Positions 25,385 to 38,821 are shown, numbered from the stretch's first letter. The stretch is DNA of 47,755 bases from Octopus bimaculoides (GCF_001194135.2 NC_068993.1:13896598-13944352), one strand, 5' to 3'. Program-made: numbers and translations. Notes: generated from the sequence alone by a model not told the origin.

Positions 25385-25746
25385 CGGTTACGAATGACCA
25401 TGGTTGCATCTAAAAGGTTACCCTCCGGGGTACAAGTCAGGACAGAAATTCGCCTCACCGACGAACACTTAACCCACGGTTGTTTTTATGAAGACCACCA
25501 GTCGCCCATGCATAGCAGCCCCCCCCCCCCACTTTCTACGCCACCGTTGTTGTCCAACGGAAAGACAAGGGCCGATATAGCTCGACACCAGTGACGTCAC
25601 AACTCATTTCTACAGCTGAATGAACTGGCGCAACGTGAAATAAAGTGTCTTGCTCAAGAAGACAACTCACACCCAGTCCAGGAATCGAATTCAGAACCTC
25701 ACGATCGTAAGCTCGCCGTTCTAACCACTGAGCCATGCGTCTTCAC
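25385..25746 (-). mobile_element. SINE family C (tRNA head plus CORE-like box)
   Basis: The minus strand reads GCATGGCTCAGTGGTTAGAACGGCG (A box), GAATTCGATTCC (B box), then CTTGAGCAAGACACTT (CORE-like). It is flanked by (TA)n and (TACA)n. There is no tRNA acceptor stem, so it is not a tRNA gene. Confidence 0.8.
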
Positions 25747-25769
25747 ACATACATACATACATACATACA

Positions 25770-25800
<31 letters not shown>

Positions 25801-28135
25801 GGATATTGATAAACAATACAAACGAACAAGAGCAGAAATATTTGTGTATGTAAGTATGGGTGTTCATCTGCATGTGTGTGTGGACATGTTCATATGAGGG
25901 ACTGTATGATAGTGTTTTCTTTGCGTACACAGCCACACATTCAGGATTATATAGTTACATACATATCATCGGCCATTTTATACGTAGAAATTAAATTATC
26001 TTAGCTTGGATTAAAAATTTTCTAGATTGAATAAAAAGTTGATTTGAAATATTTAATCAACACTGTATTATTATTTTCAGTTAAAAACACTAAGTGGCAA
26101 CAGCCTTTATAATTAATCAATTTAAAATGCTTTCAGTGAATTTGATTTTAAATTCCAAAGCTATTTTTGTCTTTGTTTCGCTTATTGTGTCCTTTATGAA
26201 TTCACTAGATTTTTGCATATACTACAGCTTATTATTCTCATTACAATAAATAAATAACTAACAAACGAGCACCAAACAGTGTCCCTTATCCGGTTAAAAA
26301 TAACATTGACGTTTCCTTGATACAGATCCCTTTGTCCTTCAAACATACATTTGTCATACATAGAATTTATTCTAGTTACGCCTAAATATTTGATATGATC
26401 AACGTTGAAACGCATGCGATCTGATGCGCTTGTGGCAGAAATGCTTCATAGGAATATAACGAGTAAGTGTAAAAGTGTCAGCGAATGGAAAATCTCTACG
26501 TTATAAAGTTCATTGAACTTTGACACCGTTCGTCAAATACTGGTTGCTTGAATTTGAAAGTGTGTGTATGAATATAAAATTACCATCGAGTATGTTATAT
26601 ATGACATTAGCATTAGAAAAAAAAATTGGAATAACTGAAATAGTTATACAAAGGTCCTACGCAGTCTATACATAATCTAAACACACTCATGCACTCACGC
26701 ACAAAAGAAAAAAAACCCCACTTAATAGCACTTTTGGCAGAGATACAGAATTCAGTATTGAATTTAGTCCTAAGTATTTCGGTATTTGTTTACTTACTAA
26801 AAGTCAATACTAAACGACATTACAACTATTATAATTCTATATCTGATTATTTACAAGCGTATGTTTGGAGATATACGTGTGTGTGCGGAATTTTTACGTG
26901 TAAATGATATCAGCTGATATATTATAGAAAACACATGTGGTAAAATGGATTTTTCTTTTTATGTAAGGAAAAATCGCAAATTAGTTAGAATAGATCACGG
27001 AACGTGAGTAGACGTTCATTTCTCGTAAATGTGCAATGTGCAGCCAAAAGAAGTCTCTAGGGTTTATAGATGTAGTTTACGGTATATATTTACCTCATTC
27101 TTTAATGGACTGGCGTTAATATTTCTAAATGAGAGCCCGATACATGGCGCCAATCGAGATCCTGGTTATATAAATTTGTCATTACTGAAGCAATTAGACA
27201 AATGTATTCATTAATCATACAAATTTTATACTTGTAAAACACAAGTACACAACATAATGCAATACTTGGTATGGTAAACGATATATGAATCTAACACCCT
27301 CTTTGAAACACTCATATACACATTTATGCATATAAATATATATATATATATAGATAGATAGATAGATANNNNNNNNNNNNNNNNNNNNNNNNNNNNNNNN
27401 NNNNNNNNNNNNNNNNNNNNNNNNNNNNNNNNNNNNNNNNNNNNNNNNNNNNNNNNNNNNNNNNNNNNNNNNNNNNNNNNNNNNNNNNNNNNNNNNNNNN
27501 NNNNNNNNNNNNNNNNNNNNNNNNNNNNNNNNNNNNNNNNNNNNNNNNNNNNNNNNNNNNNNNNNNNNNNNNNNNNNNNNNNNNNNNNNNNNNNNNNNNN
27601 NNNNNNNNNNNNNNNNNNNNNNNNNNNNNNNNNNNNNNNNNNNNNNNNNNNNNNNNNNNNNNNNNNNNNNNNNNNNNNNNNNNNNNNNNNNNNNNNNNNN
27701 NNNNNNNNNNNNNNNNNNNNNNNNNNNNNNNNNNNNNNNNNNNNNNNNNNNNNNNNNNNNNNNNNNNNNNNNNNNNNNNNNNNNNNNNNNNNNNNNNNNN
27801 NNNNNNNNNNNNNNNNNNNNNNNNNNNNNNNNNNNNNNNNNNNNNNNNNNNNNNNNNNNNNNNNNNNNNNNNNNNNNNNNNNNNNNNNNNNNNNNNNNNN
27901 NNNNNNNNNNNNNNNNNNNNNNNNNNNNNNNNNNNNNNNNNNNNNNNNNNNNNNNNNNNNNNNNNNNNNNNNNNNNNNNNNNNNNNNNNNNNNNNNNNNN
28001 TACACACGGGTGCATACACACATGTTTATGGATATGCATGCGTATTTGAATACAAATATACCAGAGATATACAGAGATCGATAGATGGACAGACGGAAAA
28101 ATCTGCCCCTCTATCCATCTACATCTCTTTTCCTG

Positions 28136-28136
<1 letters not shown>

Positions 28137-28218
<82 letters not shown>

Positions 28219-28246
28219 CGGTAGATAGATGGATATATATATATAT

Positions 28247-28297
<51 letters not shown>

Positions 28298-28324
28298 TAT
28301 AGATAGATAGATAGATAGATAGAT
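28137..28324. repeat. Head-to-head (CTAT)n and (ATAG)n arrays
   Basis: (CTAT)20 at 28137-28216, perfect (ATAG)12 at 28247-28294, then further ATAG units to 28324. Confidence 0.95.
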
Positions 28325-28870
28325 ATGCATTTGTGTGCGCATGTGTATGTATCTAGGTTGGTATCATCATATATAGACGTGATTGCTTGTGATATTTAGA
28401 TATAATTACAAGAAATTGCCTCATTGTTGCATTTTTGTATCTTAATACAGATAGTGCGTTTCAGTCCTTGTGTCTAATGTATGTGAACATGCATATATAT
28501 TTTTGCGGGTTTATGTCCTTGCGCGCGCATGTGTGTGTGTTTGAGTATGCCAACATGTAGGTGTGCATGTAGATGAAGATAATGGATAACAATCGAATTG
28601 TCATGTAAGCATTTTTCAGGACGTTAGGAAAGAATTTGTTTTTCTGACGACTTTTCCCTCTTACTCTCTGAATATGAATATTGATTTCATACCCCGAATA
28701 TTCTATGCAGTACGTTTGCTATAGAAATCTGCATTATAATAACATACATATAAAAAGTGTACTGCCATATCGAAAACCGAAATAATTATCAGAGCTACCA
28801 CCAACCTCAGCATTACAAGCAACTACAGAAGTACGGAGAATAAAAAACAATGGCCGACGTTTAAATAGAT

Positions 28871-29070
28871 ACTCTTTTAATTGTTTCAGTCATTTGACTG
28901 CAGCCGTGCTGGAGCATCGCCTTTAGTCAAGCAAATCGACCCCGGGACTTATTCTTTGTAAGCCTAGTACTTATTCTATGTGTCTCTTTTGCCGAACCGC
29001 TAGGTTACGGGTACGTAAACACACCAGCGTCTGTTGTCAAGTTATGTTGGGGGGAAAAACACAGACACAC
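28871..29070 (-). mobile_element. SINE family A, 3' half; the head is probably lost in the gap
   Basis: TTGTTTCAGTCATTTGACTGCAGCCGTGCTGGAGCATCGCCTTTAGTC...GTAAACACACCAGC is the reverse complement of the family-A 3' half and runs into (TA)n and Ns. Confidence 0.9.
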
Positions 29071-29984
29071 AAATATATATATACACGCACATATATATAC
29101 ATATATACATNNNNNNNNNNNNNNNNNNNNNNNNNNNNNNNNNNNNNNNNNNNNNNNNNNNNNNNNNNNNNNNNNNNNNNNNNNNNNNNNNNNNNNNNNN
29201 NNNNNNNNNNNNNNNNNNNNNNNNNNNNNNNNNNNNNNNNNNNNNNNNNNNNNNNNNNNNNNNNNNNNNNNNNNNNNNNNNNNNNNNNNNNNNNNNNNNN
29301 NNNNNNNNNNNNNNNNNNNNNNNNNNNNNNNNNNNNNNNNNNNNNNNNNNNNNNNNNNNNNNNNNNNNNNNNNNNNNNNNNNNNNNNNNNNNNNNNNNNN
29401 NNNNNNNNNNNNNNNNNNNNNNNNNNNNNNNNNNNNNNNNNNNNNNNNNNNNNNNNNNNNNNNNNNNNNNNNNNNNNNNNNNNNNNNNNNNNNNNNNNNN
29501 NNNNNNNNNNNNNNNNNNNNNNNNNNNNNNNNNNNNNNNNNNNNNNNNTTTTTAATAATAAAGCATCTAACGAGTAGCACAGTCGCTTACGAAATCATAC
29601 TACGCAATTTGCAACACAGTGGGACACATTAAATTTAGTGTACGTGCATAACATCTGCCCAGATAGATGGGTAAGGCCATGTCTGGATGGCTACTGAACA
29701 TTCTTTCGTATCCCTCTATTGATGAGATTATCACATTTGCTCTAAGCTAGGAGTGCTTGTCATAAGTTAGGGGTCGATAGATATAGTATCAGTCAAGTAC
29801 TGAAAGTCTTACTCGCTACTCTCCCTATTTCTTACTCCTAGAATCGGATAAGTTGATGGAACTAAAAGAAAGTGCGCTGCTATGGTGACATTACCAATAC
29901 AATTCAAAATCCCCTACTAATGAAGAGTGCCTCGTAAAGTTACTACAAACTAACAAATGTTTTAAACAACTGCCTACAGGAGGG

Positions 29985-30147
29985 AGGGAATCGATAACAA
30001 CAACCCCAAGTACGCAACTGGTACTTATACTCTCGACCCGAAAGGATAAAAGGTAAAGTCGGCATCCACTGAATTTGAACTGACAATGTAAAACATGATA
30101 TGGTATCAAGCATTTCTTCCGTCGCGTTAACGATTCTGCCAACTCAC
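29985..30147 (-). mobile_element. SINE family B, diverged copy
   Basis: CTGGTACTTATACTCTCGACCCGAAAGGATAAAAGGTAAAGTCGGC...GAATTTGAACT...TTAACGATTCTGCCAACTCAC is colinear with 38860-39029. Confidence 0.8.
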
Positions 30148-30659
30148 AAGCTTGCGTCGGGTATAATATTCCTAAATTATTTCTTAGGTTTTGTTGTGTG
30201 GGGTGGATCGTTTATTTTTCGACTGTTACCACTTATTTTTTTATTAATTCTTCCTAATATTTCTAACCTTACAAACATTCACCACTTGCTTGTGCTACTT
30301 TCGCAACTAAATATATTGAGTGTGTAAAGCTAAGCATCTTCTCTAATATTTCGACACGAGAGCTAAAAGAATGGAAGCGCAATATTTTTTTCCCTCTGCT
30401 AGTAACGCACCGCCGGATATATTCAATGACTGGCTCAAAGAAACGCGTCTAAATAGTCGAAAACTTCCAATATTTTCGTTAGTCTTGCTGAAAAGAAAGC
30501 ACCGCTTGTCTCATGAAGCGTGTAAAATACCAGCCAAATGGAGACAGCTACAACTCTTCAGGCATAACCTTTGCTGCCTGATGTTTCCCTCTTATCGACA
30601 GTCTCTCTCCTGTGCTCACTCTCACCCTGTCAACTCATCCTCCACTCTCTTTCCCTTTC

Positions 30660-30725
30660 TTTCTTTCTCTCTCTCTCTCTCTCTCTCTCTCGCTCTCTCT
30701 CTCTCTCTCACTCCCCCTTTCTCTC
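30660..30725. repeat. (CT)n polypyrimidine microsatellite
   Basis: Read directly. Confidence 0.92.
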
Positions 30726-30933
30726 TCTATTTTTACATTTCTAATTCTGGCCTTCTCACTCTCCTTCCTTATCCCTTTTCCTTTTATCTCACAACTACAT
30801 AAACACGCACATACATTCGAATATATATATAAGAGAGAGAGAGTACGTGTGTGTGTATGCGTGCGTGTGTATGTCTGTCTATATAAGCATTTAAATACAT
30901 GTATACATGTGTGTATGCGTGTATATATATGTA

Positions 30934-30984
<51 letters not shown>

Positions 30985-31261
30985 GTATATATATATGTAT
31001 GCACATGCTTATATGTGTTTGTGTAGCTGTATGTGTGGGAATGTATTTGTGTGAATGTTACGTGCATACGCATAAGCTCAAGAAAATATATGACTACATG
31101 AATGTGAATTTTGTATTTTATATAGTACAAAAATGAGCAATAATGAAATAATAAAGAAAGTAATTTTTAATGATTTTTATTTTATTATTATATTCTTTAT
31201 GCTATTATTGATGGTGTATTGCTTTATATATAACTGCATTTCTTCCGCCAACACGTATACG

Positions 31262-31304
<43 letters not shown>

Positions 31305-31491
31305 AAACACACACACACACATATATATTTATATGCATACATACTTATACAGATGTATATATGTATATATATATATATATNNNNNNNNNNNNNNNNNNNN
31401 NNNNNNNNNNNNNNNNNNNNNNNNNNNNNNNNNNNNNNNNNNNNNNNNNNNNNNNNNNNNNNNNNNNNNNNNNNNNNNNNNNNNNNNNNNN

Positions 31492-31645
31492 GAACAAATC
31501 AACCCCATGACTTATTCTTTGTAATCCTACTACTTATTCTCTCGAATTCTTTTACCGACCCACTAGGTTACGGGGACGTAAAAATACCAATATCAGTTGT
31601 CAAGCGATGGTGAGGGGTAAAACCCAGACATACAAGCACACACAC

Positions 31646-31679
<34 letters not shown>

Positions 31680-31858
31680 TTATATACACTTATTCGACGA
31701 GCTTCTTTCAGCTTCCGTCTACAAAATCCACTCACAAGGCTTTTGTTGGCCCGAGGCTATAGTAGAAGACATTTGCCCAAGATGCCACGCAGTGGGACTG
31801 AACCCCGAACCATGTGGTTGGGAAGCAAGCTACTTACCACACAGCCACTCCTGCGCCT
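31492..31858 (-). mobile_element. SINE family A, near full length; the tail is cut by the gap
   Basis: 31695-31858 is the reverse complement of 17178-17340. The internal (CA)n is at 31637-31678, and the 3' part is 31492-31630. Confidence 0.92.
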
Positions 31859-32049
31859 ATGTATATAATGTATATATGGATTTATTTAATATTCCTTGTT
31901 TGTTTTCTATCTATTGATTTTGTATTGTATATCTCTATAGAAATGTGTACATACAAAACCAGAAAATGTGTTTGCTCATATCTGTGATAGCCAGTATATA
32001 TCATTTAGTGTATGCTTGTATACCGCCACTTCTTTGTATTCAATAACAT

Positions 32050-32356
32050 GTTCATACACATTAAGCCGATCTTTCTGGTCCCTTGCCTGTTGTTCTACAC
32101 CACCTTTGAAGAACACACTCTCAGGCCTCTTCCGTGGAATGATGGCACCTTAGGCAACATCCTAAACATTCGCGTTCACCGCTCATTTCCCATCCCACTC
32201 CATACGCCTTTCTCTCAAGATACCCTATCTAAAACTGCATTTCTATTCCAATAGTTTCCCCAACAGCATATGTTGACCGATCACTTTCTCTCCCATGCTT
32301 TCCTCAATGTTAGGTTTTATCATCACTCTATTTCTAATATATATGTTTCTCATACT
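32050..32356 (-). mobile_element. Probable RTE-clade LINE ORF2 C-terminal remnant
   Basis: Minus-strand frames give MRNIYIRNRVMIKPNIEESMGEK, RNAVLDRV and ILRERRMEW (32221-32195). These resemble the RTE motif RNEEIR...IEEK.RERRLRWFGH. Several stops are present. Confidence 0.4.
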
Positions 32357-32840
32357 TGCCACATTTGTCACAGTTACTTTTGTTTTTGTCGGCAACAAAA
32401 CATTAGTAAATATCAGGTTCTTCACAATCATCAGATTTTGTCTGTTTATATTTAAAAGATTTCATATGCTTAATCTATAGTTACGTTTCAAAATACTTCG
32501 TTTGCCTCTTCTGTGACTTTCCTGTATTCATAGAGTGATTTCTAACTCCTTTTTGCCTTATTGCCCATCAACATTTAGTTGAATCAATCTGTCTATATTT
32601 CCCTCTTTCAATCGTTATATCTCTCTTAAACACATATAATTCTTCTAAGATTATCCTTCATAACACTGAGACAGAATGACAAAAGGTTTTCACGCGTTGC
32701 ATTCAACATTATTGAAGTTTGAGCGATAATTTTCCCACTTAACACGTAGGAATCCATGAAAATTCCAGGAATACGCAAGGAACTATTCTTGCAGTTGGTT
32801 TCTCCAAGCGGTGTTCTATTCAGAGAAATTCTACGAGTCA

Positions 32841-32964
32841 CGTGTCGTTTTATCATAGCCAAGATGTATCAGAGTCCATACATCGAGAACGTTCATACAC
32901 ACAAATATGCATATTCATCAGTGTGTTTGTATTGTGTCTATATAGGTTTTTACATACACCTACA

Positions 32965-33008
<44 letters not shown>

Positions 33009-33022
33009 GCCANNNNNNNNNN

Positions 33023-33063
<41 letters not shown>

Positions 33064-33193
33064 GCCATGCATTAATACGCTTATAAGTACGAAGATATGC
33101 TTCTGAAAAGTTTTCATGCATGTATTTATGTATTATACTCTGAGAAATGGCATCTGTCAAATTTGCTTGCAACTTAATTCATAAAACGACACG
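32841..33193. mobile_element. Putative MITE with perfect 13-bp TIRs and a 3-bp TCA target duplication
   Basis: CGTGTCGTTTTAT (32841-32853) and ATAAAACGACACG (33181-33193) are exact reverse complements. TCA lies at both 32838-32840 and 33194-33196. Confidence 0.5.
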
Positions 33194-35718
33194 TCATGAA
33201 ATATGTAGAGCGCTTGTTGCTTGCCAGGTCTTTCTCATTCACAGAGCCTTTTTAGTATGGAATAGTAACCGTAGGATTGTAGGTGCCATAAGTAAAAGGT
33301 GACTTTCGAAAATAATACATTTTGCAAAAAATGAATAACTAAATAAAATTTTTAAAAATTAATAAAATAATGAATCAAAATTTTATGCGCTATGTGTATT
33401 GGCATGGACAAGATTATCGTGAGATTTTTTTAATAGGTGTGACATAAATAAACATGCCGAAGTTAAATGACTCTCTTAATTAGAATGCTTCTAATTTATG
33501 TTAGGGATATAATAATATTCGTAATTATGTTGGCGTTTACTCGACGCAAATATCGTCAGTTACACTCTAAGACCAGATATCAGTTCAGGATATGGCTTGA
33601 TCGGAGTTATATATTGTGTTGGTGCATAATTAATGCGGCTTTTTTTCCAACAAATTTAATTCAACAAAAACAATAACATGTAGCTAAAGCATATTTAAAT
33701 GATTATTCCGGAGCATATTCATCATCTACTTCAATTACTGCTTCTCATTTGTTTGGCAGACGGTCAGACTGTCATTTAAAGATGTTTTTGCTAAATATTG
33801 TTATTGTTTTCGTTGAATAAAATTTGTTGACAAAAAGCCGCAATAATTATACACCAACCCAATATATTTTCAGCTGTCCACCTTCACATTTAGAGCATTT
33901 TAAGAAAAGTACTGGGCTCGGTGCAACTTGGTTAAATGTGTAGATAACGTGCACAGATTATACCATACTTCATTTATATATGAAATAGTTCCAGATCTAG
34001 TAAATTCAGTAAGTTAAAAATGTTTTTTTCAAAATTTTCTAATGATAGAGAGAGAATACCTTTTAATTACTGAAAAATATATACTAGTGGACTTAAATAT
34101 AATCTTTGAAAATACTGAGAAAAATTGACAATTTTCAGACATATTCATTCAGTGAAGTCAAATTTCCAATTTTGAGGGAAGCGTTGATTAATCTCAAGTA
34201 CTCTGATATAAATGATATAATTATAGGTTAATTTGTAATGTAACGTAATATTATANNNNNNNNNNATATATACGTATATACATACATGTATGTATGTACA
34301 TGCATTGATACACACGCACACACATATATATGAATACGTAGATGTGTATATATGTACATATATATGCGTGTATGTGTATGTGCGTGTGCGTTTATGTATG
34401 AATGTGGGAAATTTAAAGTACTTTAAGATCAATACTGTTCCATGCATCTCACGATATATTTTGAAGTATGAAAAAAATTAATTTAAAATAGATTTAATAC
34501 AAGCAATTTCCATTTGTCTTATTTTAAGTATTTTAATATTTTTTGATAAATATATATATATATATATATATTTTTTATTCAAGAAATGTGTATATACTTC
34601 TTTCATTCTTTGTTGGTTACATTAAAAAATATGAAAGCCAATATTTTGTTCAGCATATTATGATCAGCAGCTATTCATGAGAATAAGAAAAAAAGAATTA
34701 TATCAGTTAATTTGTANNNNNNNNNNNNNNNNNNNNNNNNNNNNNNNNNNNNNNNNNNNNNNNNNNNNNNNNNNNNNNNNNNNNNNNNNNNNNNNNNNNN
34801 NNNNNNNNNNNNNNNNNNNNNNNNNNNNNNNNNNNNNNNNNNNNNNNNNNNNNNNNNNNNNNNNNNNNNNNNNNNNNNNNNNNNNNNNNNNNNNNNNNNN
34901 NNNNNNNNNNNNNNNNNNNNNNNNNNNNNNNNNNNNNNNNNNNNNNNNNNNNNNNNNNNNNNNNNNNNNNNNNNNNNNNNNNNNNNNNNNNNNNNNNNNN
35001 NNNNNNNNNNNNNNNNNNNNNNNNNNNNNNNNNNNNNNNNNNNNNNNNNNNNNNNNNNNNNNNNNNNNNNNNNNNNNNNNNNNNNNNNNNNNNNNNNNNN
35101 NNNNNNNNNNNNNNNNNNNNNNNNNNNNNNNNNNNNNNNNNNNNNNNNNNNNNNNNNNNNNNNNNNNNNNNNNNNNNNNNNNNNNNNNNNNNNNNNNNNN
35201 NNNNNNNNNNNNNNNNNNNNNNNNNNNNNNNNNNNNNNNNNNNNNNNNNNNNNNNNNNNNNNNNNNNNNNNNNNNNNNNNNNNNNNNNNNNNNNNNNNNN
35301 NNNNNNNNNNNNNNNNNNNNNNNNNNNNNNNNNNNNNNNNNNNNNNNNNNNNNNNNNNNNNNNNNNNNNNNNNNNNNNNNNNNNNNNNNNNNNNNNNNNN
35401 NNNNNNNNNNNNNNNNNNNNNNNNNNNNNNNNNNNNNNNNNNNNNNNNNNNNNNNNNNNNNNNNNNNNNNNNNNNNNNNNNTATATATATGTATATATAT
35501 AGATAGATGTGTGTATGTATATATATGTATGTGTGTATATATATAGACATACACACACGTATATAATACTTATATATATATATAGATGTATATGTATATA
35601 TATGTACATATCTCTCTCAATCTATTGATCTATTTATCAATCTATCTCTGTCCTTCCCCCCCCCATATATACATTGAGAGAGAGGGTGGTGGGAGAGAGA
35701 GAATGAAATGGAGGGAAA

Positions 35719-35721
35719 GGG

Positions 35722-35782
<61 letters not shown>
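35719..35782. repeat. (GATA)n microsatellite
   Basis: Read directly. Confidence 0.95.
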
Positions 35783-35783
<1 letters not shown>

Positions 35784-37616
35784 TTAAGTTTACATATTTT
35801 GACAGTATCGTTTACCTGAGAGTTTCAAACAATATCTGTATGTTGATTGCTCATAAAAATATAATGAGAATGAGTCAGTGCGTCTAACAAATACTGATTT
35901 TAAACATGCATCGGGTTCTGTATATACATATATACACACGTCATGTTTTTGAAAATTGTCGAACGTTCACGTGTTCATTACCATGTTATCCTTTATTAAA
36001 TTACACATTATTTAACCCATTTGAATTTTGTGTATGAAGTTATATTGTTGGTGTAATATTAAGTGCGATGTGTAAAGTTTCATGATAAATGCCTCTGTTC
36101 CATTATTCCTTATTATTATATCATAACATTGTTAAAAATTTCTGTAATTCTAATCAAAATTATTGTATTTCTTTAATTGTATTCGATGTATTCCATGTAA
36201 TCTATACACATCTTGTAATATTTAAAATTAATTTGAATTATTGAAGATAACTTAAAGTTGTATTATATCTCCATTTATTTTTATCTTCATATTTAATTAT
36301 TCTTAGTAGTTTCTTGTCTTAAATTCTAGTGTTTATGTAATAGTGTTTCTTTATGTGTTTTTATTAATTTAATGAAATCAAAATGTTCTGTAATGATTCT
36401 AGAATACACCCCTCCACCTAAAAAAGAGAAAAGAATTTATAAGAAAATTTGCCTTGAAAATTAAGAACATTGTCTTTGAGACGAATTATCTCAGTTTTAT
36501 AATAGATTGTCATTGAAAGAAAATGATATTTGCATTCTTCATAATACTAATATGATTTTCGAATTCTATTCTAATTAATTACAAATATTACTCATTAATT
36601 GTATAATTGTTTAATCAACTCTCATTTGCATTAGCATCATTTCGAAAATAATTAAATACGTTTCGTGTCGTGAATGCCAAATTACCGTTTCAGATATCTC
36701 AGAAGGAATCCAGATTAAATAAGTATTTAGTTGATAGTTGCCAGCTAAACAAGATTATATAGCGAGCTGTAAATGAAAGCAATTATTATATAGATAGGCT
36801 GCAGGTGTTTTGTACGTACCCTGGACACCATATTTATTTTCGGGGCTACATAATTTTATGCATTTGTTAAAACCAATACCAAGTAGTGAATTATTTTCTG
36901 CAAAAGTTAATTTTTATAAATTAGAATCCTATCCCGATAGGCCTGTTTCGTACAACCCGTTACAATACAAAACAAACAATTATACTTAACAGAGAAATAG
37001 ACAAAATGCGGGAAGTAATGAGCTGTCTAAAAGAAACACGACTTTTAGAAAGATTTTTCATTTGAACGTAAGAAATATCATCCTATATTTGTTAGGGAAA
37101 ATAATATATTTAACTGCATTTTTATTGCAAATAAAAGATTTTGACTACCAATATGATGGTATTATGGAATTAACTCTACGTTAGAATAATCCTTAAGAAG
37201 ATTGGTATGCCACTCTGATGTTTTCTGAGATTCCCTCTGAAATGTCCATGCAATTTTCGGGATGATGTATTTCTCTGAGGCATGGGGTTTATATAGTTTG
37301 TGTACGAAATACTAAAGAAATGCCTTACACTATAAAGACATACTGAGGATAATTACGAGCGACGATTACTATAAGCCGAATGGCAATTATTTTAAGTCCA
37401 AAGTGGAAGCGAAATATTTATTTACTTATTGTGGCCACGTCTGCTAGAAAAAGTTTGTAATATCTTTATTAAGCAAATTGCTTGAGTTTGTATTAGATTG
37501 CAGGTTTCAGTATAATCCCTTGCATAAATCTACAACTATTTGTGATTTAAAGAATTTGCACTAATGAGAAAAACATCATTTGAGATTTTTCACACTACGA
37601 GGAAATTGCCAAAAAT

Positions 37617-37650
37617 GAAGAGAGAGAGAGAGAGGGAGAGAGAGACGGAG

Positions 37651-37693
<43 letters not shown>

Positions 37694-37706
37694 CGAGAGA
37701 GAGAGA
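37617..37706. repeat. (GA)n polypurine microsatellite
   Basis: Read directly. Confidence 0.92.
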
Positions 37707-38058
37707 AGCGTTAAGAAAAAGGAAAACAAAATGAAAGCAGAAAATTCCTGGACAGAGGATAAACCCGACAAAAAAAGGAAGAACATATATAGAGATATGA
37801 TGCAGAAAACTCGCAGTTGGTGATGTAAAAGAGATGTCGGATTATTAGTTATTTGGAGATCAGGGAATAGAAGATAATATATGATAGAACGATAACGATG
37901 ACGAAGAAACGGATGATAAATTACTACGGATTCAAATACCGTAAACAATATTATCAACATAATATAAAAGGACATCGTCATTTCTAATGGTATTTTCCAA
38001 TTTAGGCACAAAGACACTAGTTTTTGTCGGAACTGGGGCTTGCCGATAGCAAATAGAA

Positions 38059-38196
38059 CAGTGGTTTTCAACCGTTATCCACATGGCTCTTGAGGATCCG
38101 TATAAGATTTTGTTGGAATTTATCTGCAATAAATTTGTTATACTTCTACAATGTACAAAATATTTTGATAATTATTTTTATACAATTCCTAATTAT
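38059..38196 (+). mobile_element. Possible hAT (Charlie-like) element left end, truncated
   Basis: It begins CAGTGGTTTTCAACC, like the CAGTGGTTCTCAAC termini of hAT-Charlie elements. No partner TIR was seen. Confidence 0.35.
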
Positions 38197-38263
38197 ATTT
38201 CAGTCATTTGACTGCGGCCATGCTGGAGCAGGGCTGGTTGTCTTGTAAGTAGCTTGCTTACCA
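38197..38263. mobile_element. Chimeric family-A SINE scrap: reversed 3' tip fused to a forward 5' head
   Basis: TTTCAGTCATTTGACTGCGGCCATGCTGGAGCA (minus-strand tail) is joined to GGCTGGTTGTCTTGTAAGTAGCTTGCTTACCA (plus-strand head). Confidence 0.75.
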
Positions 38264-38821
38264 TTTGAAGATTCTTTCATAGTGCTTCTCTATATTTTGC
38301 TTCGGAAATGCAAAAAATTATCTAAAATTCCTTCCTAGACAGATCTTCCCTCTGACGAGTTATTTAAATTTTTTTTTATATATTTATTTATGTCAATACA
38401 TTTGCTGAATGCCATTTGGTGGTGGTTTGGGCTTGAACTCCTTGAATATTTGTATATGAATGTTTGTAGGAATGTATGTATGTATGAGTGTATGTATTTA
38501 ATTATATCCACAGCACAGATTTTTCTTTTAACATCACAGATGGCGTGAAGTGCTTTGTATTAGCGTGTGATATCTTCGTCGTTGATCATATTATTGTCTT
38601 TGTTTATTTTCTAGACTGTATTTTGCTGCCATTATATTTTAGTTACAAGTTTTGCCGCTCTTAAGTACTTGTTCTTGTACAGCCGGTTGCTGTTGAGTTT
38701 CTGCTGTTTACTTGTAGTTCGTTTTTCCTTGGCTCTGGGTTTATTTCGAAAACCTTCTTCTTCCTCTTTCCATGCAGCTATTTCCTTCTCTCATTCTACT
38801 ACTGCTCATAATAATATTCCA

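Noticed and set aside
25670-25746. tRNA-like A and B boxes on the minus strand
   Set aside because: No acceptor stem, and it continues into a CORE-like SINE body; called a SINE head, not a tRNA.
26194-26415. Minus-strand ORF containing VDHIKYLGVT, like the LINE RT YLG motif
   Set aside because: It is a single short motif with no upstream YADD-type motif or supporting context.
30371-30802. 143-aa plus-strand ORF MEAQYFFPSASNAPPDIF
   Set aside because: The second half is (CT)n-derived, the first half is unrecognised, and no splice support was seen.
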